IMG/VR virus record: IMGVR_UViG_3300033143_005785
Location: 1 to 37,826 of that record
Strand: one strand, 5' to 3'
DNA: 37,826 nucleotides
Origin: a virus
Lineage: Duplodnaviria; Caudoviricetes
Positions 17,693 to 26,565 of the stretch are shown one piece after another (the stretch's first letter is position 1; each line of letters begins with the position of its first letter). The position numbers and the translations under genes were made by a program. The notes under the pieces are model-generated. The model was given only the letters and a program-made list of their open reading frames with translations, did no database searches and had not been told where the DNA came from.

Positions 17693-18957
17693 TAGAACAC
17701 CGCCTCCGCCGCAAGCACCTTATCTCCTGTCGGCGCTGCGCTATCCGCAGTTACAGCAACCGAATCACTTGCTTCCGATAAAGTATCCGTATTCATGGCT
17801 TTTGTATAAAAAGTATATTCTTGCGCATTAGTTAATTCCCCAGTTGTATATGTATATGTTTCCGTTCCCGCCACAACCGCCTGTGTATCCACAAGAGCAT
17901 CGTCTTGATAAAATCTTATATGCGTAGCATTCGTTAATGTATGTTTTGTCGTAATTTTTATCGTGCCACCGCTCTTGATTTCGCCGTCAATATAATATGG
18001 TTTATCTGGTGGCAAATTACCTTCCACTAAATCTCCAGCACTTTTTTCTAAATATAATTCCACTTCCGTATAAGCGCTTTCAGCGCCACTTCTATCAACG
18101 GCTCTTATACAGAATTTCCAATGCCCCTTACAAAGCTCATAAGTTGTATGCGAAGTTGCCGACGTACTTAATAATTCCATCCGATGCCATTTCTCACTGC
18201 AAATATCCTTTTGTAAACCATCGAAAATTAACATATTGGAATATACCGCATAACCCACGACATCACTAAATTGGCCACTTGGCAAATCCCATGTAATCTC
18301 GGCAGTGCGAGGCGATTGTGAATAAGAAATTGCAATGTTATCAACTCCTATTGGATATGTGTCTATTGTTAAAGTTGCATATTCCCCCGCATCTAAACTG
18401 CTAATATTGCCGTAAATATCCTTATATGCAAGAGCAAAAGTATAAACCGCTTCGTCAAGTGCAACCGTTGTATAATCTAAATGGTCTATCCCTTTAATTT
18501 CACCCAATAATATATTTGGCACTCCATCCTCACGCCCAGCATCGTAATATATTAAATAACTATAAAAATCCGCTTCGTCAGGAGTATCTGTCCAATATAA
18601 ATGCGCCCTATTCCCACGTGTTGGTATGGCGAAAAACCCAAACGATGTTATAATCGCTTTTCCCACTTTAGAAATAGGCAAAACTTCTATACTATAAATC
18701 CAATCATCTCGAAGGCCACCGATATTTACACTATCGATATTTGTCTCTTGCCTAATAAACGTACCATCAAGATAAATATTATAATAAAAATCTCCACTAT
18801 TGAAAAAAGAAGGTATTAAATGTGTCCATTTATCTCGAATTGTATTGGGAGCAATTGTGGTAAAATTATGAGCGGTTAAAATCCCTCTACTGGTTAAAAA
18901 ACTACTGATATATTCTAAACCTAAGATATGAGGGAAATATGAAGCACAATATGCCAT
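17692..18957 (-). CDS. Minor tail protein with tandem FN3/Ig-like domains
   Basis: Repeated W..P, Y.IY, Y.F.I.A.D..G.ES patterns typical of fibronectin type III domains. Confidence 0.7.
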   Translation of the reverse strand: MAYCASYFPHILGLEYISSFLTSRGILTAHNFTTIAPNTIRDKWTHLIPSFFNSGDFYYNIYLDGTFIRQETNIDSVNIGGLRDDWIYSIEVLPISKVGKAIITSFGFFAIPTRGNRAHLYWTDTPDEADFYSYLIYYDAGREDGVPNILLGEIKGIDHLDYTTVALDEAVYTFALAYKDIYGNISSLDAGEYATLTIDTYPIGVDNIAISYSQSPRTAEITWDLPSGQFSDVVGYAVYSNMLIFDGLQKDICSEKWHRMELLSTSATSHTTYELCKGHWKFCIRAVDRSGAESAYTEVELYLEKSAGDLVEGNLPPDKPYYIDGEIKSGGTIKITTKHTLTNATHIRFYQDDALVDTQAVVAGTETYTYTTGELTNAQEYTFYTKAMNTDTLSEASDSVAVTADSAAPTGDKVLAAEAVF

Positions 18958-18958
18958 T

Positions 18959-19636
18959 CTAAACCTCCCATAATGCGATTAATATATCACTCATATCATA
19001 ACCATTAGCTGTGCGAAATACCAGTTTGTCCCCACCATTTATTTTTAGAATAGTTGAAAATGTTGCCGTTGCATTTACCGCATCTGCCGATATAACTAAA
19101 CTTTGTATATCGCCACCCCCATCTATAGCATTGCGGATTTGTATCGTCGCTTGACTCGACGGTGGATTGCCATATATAAAGCAAGAAGCTCGGCAAAACT
19201 TATGGAAATAAGGTAACTCCAAAATGAAAAAATCCTCAGTAACCCCCGCAACTCTCATATCAGGTACATAAAATGTCAATGGTGCCGCTTTCTCTCGTGC
19301 TGGTATATGAGCTAAATACCGCACATAATAAGTGCTATCATCAACCGTGCTATAAAGATATTTATTTTGGATATCTATTGATAAGTCAGGATTTTCAGCT
19401 GCCTCGCTATTGGTTGGCATACCTTCAATTTTCACATCATATCTCGTGCCACCCTTACTAACAGCACTCCAAATCCCATAAGTGGCCGAATCGTTTCCTT
19501 CTATATTCACATTCGGGATATAATTCAAATACCCTCTATAATAAGTCGTCTCGCCAACCGTATAATCTTCATAACATATAACTTTTTCGTCTGTTTCCGC
19601 CTGCCCTGAGGCGCTTATTTCCGTCAATAATGCCAT
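18959..19636 (-). CDS. Minor tail structural protein
   Basis: Position in the tail module; beta-rich C-terminal half. Confidence 0.55.
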   Translation of the reverse strand: MALLTEISASGQAETDEKVICYEDYTVGETTYYRGYLNYIPNVNIEGNDSATYGIWSAVSKGGTRYDVKIEGMPTNSEAAENPDLSIDIQNKYLYSTVDDSTYYVRYLAHIPAREKAAPLTFYVPDMRVAGVTEDFFILELPYFHKFCRASCFIYGNPPSSQATIQIRNAIDGGGDIQSLVISADAVNATATFSTILKINGGDKLVFRTANGYDMSDILIALWEV

Positions 19637-19648
19637 TATATAAACCCC

Positions 19649-20086
19649 TTATACTGTGGCCTTAATAAATCTTGCCCGAAATCGCATAAACCATTTACTT
19701 GCGGTCAATCGTGTCAATGGTGAAGTTACCTCAAAAAACACTTTCATGTCAGTTGGGCTTCTTTGTGTCCCTGTTGTATTCGGTGTTGCATAATCAAGAT
19801 CACTTATCATGTGCGTATCGCTTGTCATATAATTTTCCATATTTGTAATAACAGTTCTCAATGCACTCTCAGATTCTTTAAAAATAATCCCTTCGAATGT
19901 ATAAGACTCGGCCGTTTCAGCCGCTTGTTGTGAACCCATAATTTTATAAATCGCACCTGCCGTGTTTGGATATATTATACGTTGTACATCAGCTTGAGCA
20001 ACTGTCTGTTCAGTCAAATTATAAATATCGCCTTCACTAATATCGCAAATTGTATAATTATTGAATTTTAAATCCGAACCTGCCAT
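19649..20086 (-). CDS. Distal tail (Dit-like) protein
   Basis: 145-aa gene directly after the tape measure, with alternating beta strands (SYTFEGII, WFMRFRARF). Confidence 0.55.
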   Translation of the reverse strand: MAGSDLKFNNYTICDISEGDIYNLTEQTVAQADVQRIIYPNTAGAIYKIMGSQQAAETAESYTFEGIIFKESESALRTVITNMENYMTSDTHMISDLDYATPNTTGTQRSPTDMKVFFEVTSPLTRLTASKWFMRFRARFIKATV

Positions 20087-20095
20087 ATCATTCCT

Positions 20096-21784
20096 CTATG
20101 GAATTGCTAAAGATAAATCCCCTTGCTGCTGTAATAAAGTTCCTCTTTGATTCATTTTACGAACTTCTGTCGTTAAATCATCTGCCCAAAACGGTGAACG
20201 AAGTAATTCGTCTCTGGCTAAAGGTCGGGTTACTGGTTCTATAAATGGTTTTTCCTGTCCTAACATTGCGGCTGGGAATTGCATAGAAGCTAAACCAGCC
20301 CCTATACTTGACAACCCTCTTCCTTTTCTATGTAATAATAATTCTGGCGATTCCATTGCGACTGATACAGGTATTCCAAGTTTTTGGCTTTGCAACCATT
20401 GTATATCTTTTAAAATCTTATATCTATCTTTAAGATTTTTTACTTCCGCTGCTTCTTTACCCATTTTTGCCCCAAGAAATCCTGCAGCTATTGCCGCATA
20501 AACTGGCCAAGTATAAACATTCATTAATCCAAGTGCCGTCGCTCCTATTTGTAAAAGTTTTACTAACCCACCAACCCCTGATATTGCTGCTGGTAAGCCA
20601 ATTCCCCACTTTACCCAATTAGGATGCGCTTCTGCAAATTTTCCTGCGGCTATTGCAAAATCTTTTAAACTTTCAAGAGATGTTTCTATTATTGGTTGAA
20701 AACTCACCGCTACCACTCTTGCCGTATCTTTAAAACTTTCTTTAAGCATAGCAAATTTACGGGATAAAGAACCAATATTTTCTTCATAAGCCCGCATCAT
20801 TTCACCTGAAAAATCCATCATTTTTATACGTGCTGCCTCAAATTTATTTACATCAGATAAAATCGCTGCCATTGCTTTGTAAGCTCTACGATTTTTAAAT
20901 ATTACTCCAATATCGTCTTCGTATGTTTTTTTATATTTTGCCCTTGCCTTAATTATTCCTTCTATAATTTCTCTAAGCCCGTGTTGGATTAAATATTCTT
21001 TAGTTAATTCAAAACCATATTTTTTTGCCATTTCTTTTGCATCTTCGCTTGCCCCACCAAACTCCGCAATTACACCATTTAAGGCAGTCATTGTCTGTTG
21101 TGAATTTATTCCTTTTTGCGTTGTAACTGCGATCATAGCCCCCAAATCAATCAGAGATATCTTTGCCAATGCCGCATTTGTCGCAACCATTCCAATAGAA
21201 CTTGCTAATTCGCCATATTTCGTTTTCCCAAGATATATTATACGTTGAATTTTATCGTAAGTCTCAACCATATCTTCTGCGGCATTTCCATAAGCATTCA
21301 TTACGCTCGTTCCAAGATCGACGGCGACATTCACGCTGGTTACTCCACCAACAGCCGCCATACTCCCTGCCCTTAACATCCCCATTCCCTCAGATACCTT
21401 AAATTGTGAAGATAAAATAGCATAAGTAGCATCATTTAAATCTTCTACACTTTCGCCGAACTCTATAGCCATACTACGGATTGCTTTTCTATACTTAGGG
21501 ATATAATGCTTCTCTTGTTCCGTCATCATTGTGGCGACTTCATGTAAGCCTTTATCAAATTTCACAAGTTCATTTACACCAAAACCAAGTCCAGCCGCCA
21601 AGCCAATAAAAGCCCGCCTCGACACTCGACTTATTTGGTCAAGGTTCGCTCCGATTTTCGCAAAGCCTCTATTTAAGGCATTCGTAAGCCCACTGCCCAT
21701 CGCTTTGGCACGATTAATATCCATAGTATATCGGCTCATTTTCACACTTAAATCAGCGTATAAGTCAAATACTTTCATTGCCAT
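20096..21784 (-). CDS. Tape measure protein (TP901-type core)
   Basis: Ala/Gly-rich helical protein with FDKGLHEV, ATYAILS, AAVGGVT, GKTKYGELA and TALNGV motifs; follows the tail chaperones. Confidence 0.92.
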   Translation of the reverse strand: MAMKVFDLYADLSVKMSRYTMDINRAKAMGSGLTNALNRGFAKIGANLDQISRVSRRAFIGLAAGLGFGVNELVKFDKGLHEVATMMTEQEKHYIPKYRKAIRSMAIEFGESVEDLNDATYAILSSQFKVSEGMGMLRAGSMAAVGGVTSVNVAVDLGTSVMNAYGNAAEDMVETYDKIQRIIYLGKTKYGELASSIGMVATNAALAKISLIDLGAMIAVTTQKGINSQQTMTALNGVIAEFGGASEDAKEMAKKYGFELTKEYLIQHGLREIIEGIIKARAKYKKTYEDDIGVIFKNRRAYKAMAAILSDVNKFEAARIKMMDFSGEMMRAYEENIGSLSRKFAMLKESFKDTARVVAVSFQPIIETSLESLKDFAIAAGKFAEAHPNWVKWGIGLPAAISGVGGLVKLLQIGATALGLMNVYTWPVYAAIAAGFLGAKMGKEAAEVKNLKDRYKILKDIQWLQSQKLGIPVSVAMESPELLLHRKGRGLSSIGAGLASMQFPAAMLGQEKPFIEPVTRPLARDELLRSPFWADDLTTEVRKMNQRGTLLQQQGDLSLAIP

Positions 21785-21785
21785 T

Positions 21786-22091
21786 TTATTGTTCCTTTTG
21801 CCACTTACGAAATGCCTTAATCTCTTCTAATTGTTTACGAATATCTGCGGCACTCATTCTCGTTCCTTGTTCTTGCGAAAAATTTTGCTGCTCGTCAACT
21901 GAACCCATAGGTATATTGCGTTGCGCTTCCATTTCAAGAATCTTCATTAATTCTCGCTGATATACTATAAATTGATATAGGGATAAATCACATATTTCTT
22001 TTGCCGACATCCCATAATGAAATTGCAAAAGGGCAAAGGTAAAGTCCCAATCTATTGGTTCTCCTTCTCCTTTGCCCTCTGTGCGTTTTTT
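21786..22091 (-). CDS. -1 frame extension of the tail assembly chaperone (gpGT-like C-terminal part)
   Basis: The -1 frame after A_AAA_AAC (22091-22085) reads KKRTEGKGEGEPIDWDFTFALLQFHYGMSAKEICDLSLYQF..., continuous with ORF 21786..22028. Confidence 0.85.
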   Translation of the reverse strand, partial: KKRTEGKGEGEPIDWDFTFALLQFHYGMSAKEICDLSLYQFIVYQRELMKILEMEAQRNIPMGSVDEQQNFSQEQGTRMSAADIRKQLEEIKAFRKWQKEQ

Positions 22092-22480
22092 CCTTGCTCT
22101 TCTTCTTCGACCAATTCTAAAATCTTATCTGCATATGTTTGAACAACTGTAATAGGAAAATCAGACACATCTTTAAGAGTAATATTCGGATGATTCTTTT
22201 GCATTCTCGCCCATAAGATAAATTGAAGCCCATCATTCGTCAAAGCATATTGCTCAAAAACTGCTTGTGTTGTTTTTCGTATAATTACACTTTGCTCTTG
22301 TGCAATCATTGATTTTTCTATATTACTTGATTTCGCCAATTCATGCAATTCTGCCAATTCTCTTTGTTTAAAATATAGACTAAATTCAGCCAAAGAACCA
22401 AGTCGTAAGGGCGCTAACAAATATTCTTTACCCTCTATTTCTATCTTTATTGGCAATGCCGCCATCTTTTCTAAACTCAT
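22052..22480 (-). CDS. Tail assembly chaperone (gpG-like)
   Basis: IEIEGKEYLL start, acidic C-terminus with GKN slippery codons, located upstream of the tape measure. Confidence 0.85.
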   Translation of the reverse strand: MSLEKMAALPIKIEIEGKEYLLAPLRLGSLAEFSLYFKQRELAELHELAKSSNIEKSMIAQEQSVIIRKTTQAVFEQYALTNDGLQFILWARMQKNHPNITLKDVSDFPITVVQTYADKILELVEEEEQGKNAQRAKEKENQ

Positions 22481-22494
22481 ATAATCATCTCCTT

Positions 22495-23280
22495 TTAAAG
22501 ATTTAATTGTATCGGATACCGTTTTCTCTTCCCATCCTTTACCTCACCAATATCGGCAAGTGTATAAATATACCTTCCGATGTGTCCGATTTTTATCGTA
22601 GGGTCGATAAAGAGCCGATAACCCGCATTATACGCCTTTGTGAAAAATGCAAACTCTTCAATTAATACCCATTGCTTAATGATTTTCTCTTTTGTTTTTT
22701 TATCTTCCACTTCTACAGGAACGGTAATATGGCAAAAGAAATCATACGTTTCTTCATCGAAACCAATAAACGAATCGGCGAACTTCTTATCTGCTATGCC
22801 TTTAAACACTCTTGTCTTCACGGCTACTACCCCCGCTCCGGTAAATTCCCTATTAACAATAGGTTTTCGCATATCTCCGGGCACTAATTCTATTAAATCG
22901 CCGTTTTTTAAATCTATTTTTGGCGTCTTTTCAATGTCAAAATGTGTCTCTATCTTTACATTCCATTTCGAAGGTATTAACGTACCGACAATATCGACGT
23001 TGGCTTCCAATAATTTTAATATAGCATCGTTACTTAATCCAACTTGGTCACTATCCCAAAGAATGAAAGTCTCCGCATCTGGAAACATTCGTAATGCTTG
23101 ACTTACAATCATATTCCGAGCCCAAGTTACATTTGCACATCCTGTGAGAATAAACCGTTGTATATCCCAATCGGAATTCTTAAGTGCGAAATCTACTAAA
23201 TCTTTTAAATTCGATAGAACTTGCACACTTAATTCATTCCGACTGCCTTCAAGTATAAGAATCACAGATTGTCTACTCAT
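22495..23280 (-). CDS. GT-A fold glycosyltransferase embedded in the tail operon
   Basis: WARNMIV, ILWDSD (DxD), TGAGVVAVKTRVF, and EEFAFF..A..AGYRLFIDPTIKIGHIG. Confidence 0.8.
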   Translation of the reverse strand: MSRQSVILILEGSRNELSVQVLSNLKDLVDFALKNSDWDIQRFILTGCANVTWARNMIVSQALRMFPDAETFILWDSDQVGLSNDAILKLLEANVDIVGTLIPSKWNVKIETHFDIEKTPKIDLKNGDLIELVPGDMRKPIVNREFTGAGVVAVKTRVFKGIADKKFADSFIGFDEETYDFFCHITVPVEVEDKKTKEKIIKQWVLIEEFAFFTKAYNAGYRLFIDPTIKIGHIGRYIYTLADIGEVKDGKRKRYPIQLNL

Positions 23281-23292
23281 ATAGTTTATCTC

Positions 23293-23688
23293 TTATGGGA
23301 AAATCAGACTTCTGGTTAATGCCCCATTGCCTTTAAAATTTACCGTTACTTCACCGCTGTTAGTTTTGCCACCAATACTGGGATTGATACTTTTTATCCA
23401 AACAGTACCGGCAAAACTGGACGCATTGTCTACACCACCAGAACACTCAATTGCAAATTCACTTGTGGAAACATCGGACTGAAAAATGGTATCTACATCG
23501 TCTAAGTTACAGGAAAAAGCACCGCTCCATTCTCCCGGGCCTTGCGCCGTTGTTTTCCAACCTCCAAAATCCGCCCAATCCCAAACCGACAGCTCTTCAT
23601 GGTCTTCTGTAATTGTCCAACTAAAAATATTCGTTACTGTAGAGCCGCTTACAGTTACCTTCCCATTATTACCGAAAAATCTTGCCAT
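23293..23688 (-). CDS. Major tail (tube) protein
   Basis: G..GKV...WTIT...GWKT...G..EWSGAFS...FAGTVWIKS...VTVNFKGNGALT tube-protein pattern. Confidence 0.85.
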   Translation of the reverse strand: MARFFGNNGKVTVSGSTVTNIFSWTITEDHEELSVWDWADFGGWKTTAQGPGEWSGAFSCNLDDVDTIFQSDVSTSEFAIECSGGVDNASSFAGTVWIKSINPSIGGKTNSGEVTVNFKGNGALTRSLIFP

Positions 23689-23708
23689 AATTAACTACAC
23701 CTCCCTAT

Positions 23709-24113
23709 TTAATTCTTTTCTAATACTCCATCGTAATAAATTGTACATTGCCATTCGTTTTCAACTTTAAACGTATCACTCGTGCGCCGTTCACACATTA
23801 TATGCGCATAACCAGCAACTGACAATAAACATCTATCAAATAATGCTGTTAAATAATGCTCAATATTCCCCGTTTGTTCTGAGCTTCTGGTTTTACTATA
23901 AATATTAAATTGTAATTCAAATTTTTCAGCGAATTCATTGAATGTATTATCTGTTTCTGTTGATAAAAAAAACACGGTATAAGGCATAGTTGCCGATTGC
24001 GGAGCATTAATGAAATATAACCCATTAATAACGCTACCCAAACCTGCCGAGTCGCTTACATATTTTGCGTATATTGCTGCCTTTAATTTATTAATAAATC
24101 CCGTTTTCGCCAT
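23709..24113 (-). CDS. Tail terminator / completion protein (DUF3168-like)
   Basis: LKAAIYAK, APQSATMPYTVF and LQFNIYS motifs; position before the tail tube gene. Confidence 0.8.
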   Translation of the reverse strand: MAKTGFINKLKAAIYAKYVSDSAGLGSVINGLYFINAPQSATMPYTVFFLSTETDNTFNEFAEKFELQFNIYSKTRSSEQTGNIEHYLTALFDRCLLSVAGYAHIMCERRTSDTFKVENEWQCTIYYDGVLEKN

Positions 24114-24133
24114 AATGCCTTAATTGCAAACCT

Positions 24134-24246
24134 CTTAAATATCAATTTTAAGCCGTTTTAATCCTTCTCTATAGTAGGGCATAGGGCAGCATATTTAAAC
24201 ACCGCCTCAATAGTTATGCGCGCCTCTATCATTTAAATAATACATT
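24134..24246. repeat. Copy 3 of the intergenic repeat family
   Basis: CTTAAATATCAATTTTAAGC (24134-24153), CTCTATAGTAGGGCATAGGG, and CCTCTATCATTTAAATAATACATT. Confidence 0.7.
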
Positions 24247-24249
24247 ATC

Positions 24250-24663
24250 TCAATCGTAAGCCTTGAGACTTAATGTTTTTTGCAATGTAATTAAACCACG
24301 TTTAAATGCCGGTTTTAAAAACGGCCTCTTTTTTATCTTCCGAGTACCTGATTCTAACCATATTGGGATTTTTCCCCCATATACAGAGCCAACTCGCCCC
24401 ATTATCTCGCCACTTTCTCTTGTAATGCTATACGTTAAAGAATCTCTTAATTTACCAGTTACGATTGCAGGTGCTTCCCCCGGAGCCGAGGCTGTCCAAG
24501 TGGCATGTTTCGTATGCGGTTTACGATATTTACGGCCGCTCTTTACATCTTTCATCTGTACTTTCATATCATCGACAATGGACTGAACAGTATCTCTAAG
24601 CGCTTGCTTTAAACCTCGCCGCACTTCCCGTTCCACTTGTGCTGAATAATCTCGCAAGCCCAT
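24250..24663 (-). CDS. HK97 gp10-like neck/tail component
   Basis: ASAPGEAPA..TGKLRDS and WLESGTRKIKKRPFLKPAF signatures. Confidence 0.9.
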   Translation of the reverse strand: MGLRDYSAQVEREVRRGLKQALRDTVQSIVDDMKVQMKDVKSGRKYRKPHTKHATWTASAPGEAPAIVTGKLRDSLTYSITRESGEIMGRVGSVYGGKIPIWLESGTRKIKKRPFLKPAFKRGLITLQKTLSLKAYD

Positions 24664-24998
24664 TATTTCACCTCTTCTACTTCTATGCGCAGATATTTAT
24701 TGGCTTCGTCAACATTACCTATTAATTTAATTTCAAAAATACGGCTGCCTTTAGTAAACCTCCCAGATTCCAAAATCCCGCTCTTATAAGGAGTATACAC
24801 GACTGCTGTAGCCATTGTCGTGTCTTTATCATATGCTATCCGTTCTTGCCCTCGCTCTGTCCCCCTATATGGTTGCATTCGGCAATGCAAATTCCGATAT
24901 ACCACTGCCCAAGTCTCGACATTACCACCCATATCATCACTAACCGTCGAGGCCTCTTCATAATTCATATACATATTCATTAAACCACGAAAACTCAT
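24663..24998 (-). CDS. Head closure / head-tail joining protein (SPP1 gp16-like)
   Basis: SDDMGG..ETW...and RIFEIK...YLRIEVEE patterns; position after the connector. Confidence 0.8.
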   Translation of the reverse strand: MSFRGLMNMYMNYEEASTVSDDMGGNVETWAVVYRNLHCRMQPYRGTERGQERIAYDKDTTMATAVVYTPYKSGILESGRFTKGSRIFEIKLIGNVDEANKYLRIEVEEVK

Positions 24999-26140
24999 AA
25001 TACAAATAACCTCTTAAACGGTATTAAAACGTTTTGAATATAATCAGGTAGTTGAACTTTATCGCTTAAGGTATATTGATAATCGCCTAATTTTTCCGAC
25101 TTCATTGATGAGTCGGCATCCGTTGCATCATATAAATATTTCACCATTGATTGACATGCTTGTTCGAGGGATGCTGGAATAGTTATATATCCCCCTGTAT
25201 AATCAAGAATGATATTACGTCGACCTTTTGAAAATCCCGAAGCCTTATATAAATAACCTTCGTCTTCATATATTTCGAAGTTCCATTCAGGAGTGCCCGG
25301 GATTTCTAATGAAATAGTAACGTTAAGACAATAAGAACTTGCCCTATCAAGTAAGTCAGTTGAAACGTGCCCTGTATAATTACTTGAAACCGCTGTTACC
25401 CAGCCTTTATCCAAGTCAGCAATGGCATTAGATAATAGCGTTAAAGTAGCATAATCCGCAAATAACAAAGTCGATGTATCTTCATTATCTCCCCCAATTA
25501 TGGTTAAAACAATTCCTGTTGAAGTTACTCTCGCCATTGCCCGTGAGGCATCACTTGAATTATTATAAATTGTGAATACGCCAATCGTTGTGTCAACTAA
25601 TCGAGCCACATCCGTAATAGGGTAATTCGGTAAATACAATTCTGTCTCACCCATACCGTCATATCGCTCTAAAGTATAATCACGAGACGCTAAGTTCCGA
25701 TCACAATATTTCTCAATGGCATCCGTTGCTTGATTAATAAGGGTTTCAATTTTGTAATTGTCAACAAGCTCTAAATCTTGTGTATTTGCCACCAATAAAC
25801 AACCCGTAGCCTCAATCACAACAAGGTCGCCACTATCTTCATTCCCAATTGCAGTGGATAAATTGCAAACCCATCCTTTATCAAGTGCATTAATTGCAAT
25901 TACTAATTCAGAAATCGTATCGTAACTCGCATTAGAAAAAGTTAAAGTCGTTGTGCCAGCATTATCACCCGCAGTTACAATTAAAATAATCGCAGTCGTT
26001 GTAACTTCAACCGTAGCCGCAGTTGCATCGTTAGAACTATTATAAATCGTAAATGCGTTTATAGTTAAATCACTATTGGCAATGCCCAAGAATTTCTTAG
26101 TTTTAGCAACGGTTGTCAGTGCATAAGTGTCTAAACTCAC
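24995..26140 (-). CDS. Head-tail connector (gp6/gp15-like) with two inserted repeat domains
   Basis: LTTVAKTKKFLGI, LINQATDAIEKYCDR, YTGGY..IP..LEQAC and SEKLGDYQYT motifs; unusually long at 381 aa. Confidence 0.85.
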   Translation of the reverse strand: MSLDTYALTTVAKTKKFLGIANSDLTINAFTIYNSSNDATAATVEVTTTAIILIVTAGDNAGTTTLTFSNASYDTISELVIAINALDKGWVCNLSTAIGNEDSGDLVVIEATGCLLVANTQDLELVDNYKIETLINQATDAIEKYCDRNLASRDYTLERYDGMGETELYLPNYPITDVARLVDTTIGVFTIYNNSSDASRAMARVTSTGIVLTIIGGDNEDTSTLLFADYATLTLLSNAIADLDKGWVTAVSSNYTGHVSTDLLDRASSYCLNVTISLEIPGTPEWNFEIYEDEGYLYKASGFSKGRRNIILDYTGGYITIPASLEQACQSMVKYLYDATDADSSMKSEKLGDYQYTLSDKVQLPDYIQNVLIPFKRLFVL

Positions 26141-26153
26141 AATTCAAACCCCC

Positions 26154-26519
26154 TTATGACGATTTTACATATACGATTACTTGACCTGCCTTTGTATCTC
26201 CAGCAGCAGCAACGGCAAAAGTAAGTTTATCATCGATTGCTCGTTGAAAATACGTGCCTATAGCAGGAACAACCTCTTCGGTGTTATCCTTATGCCGATT
26301 TGCACAACTGCCATCACAAATATCAACTCCCAATTCATCTTTTACCGTTACATCATAAAGAGTCGTTGGCTCGGCCGTTGCGGAGGGGATCGTTACTATC
26401 CGATTGACAATTCCTGCGATGTTTTCCGTTGTCGTTGCTGTAGCAGTGCCGCCAGTTCCACTCGTCCAAGCATAAGCCACCTTTATTATCCCTTTTGTTT
26501 GATTTATTGTTATTGCCAT
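26154..26519 (-). CDS. Putative head accessory / decoration protein
   Basis: Small T/A/G-rich beta protein in the head module. Likely start ATG 26519 (MAITINQ) after SD GGGGG. Confidence 0.55.
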   Translation of the reverse strand: MAITINQTKGIIKVAYAWTSGTGGTATATTTENIAGIVNRIVTIPSATAEPTTLYDVTVKDELGVDICDGSCANRHKDNTEEVVPAIGTYFQRAIDDKLTFAVAAAGDTKAGQVIVYVKSS

Positions 26520-26565
26520 CTTAACCCCCGAAGGGGAGGGATTTTTCACCCTCCCCAGTTAATAA

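Noticed and set aside
15476-23688. Contractile tail, tailocin or gene transfer agent
   Set aside because: No sheath or baseplate wedge genes. A complete head and packaging module plus early-type genes indicate a genuine siphovirus.
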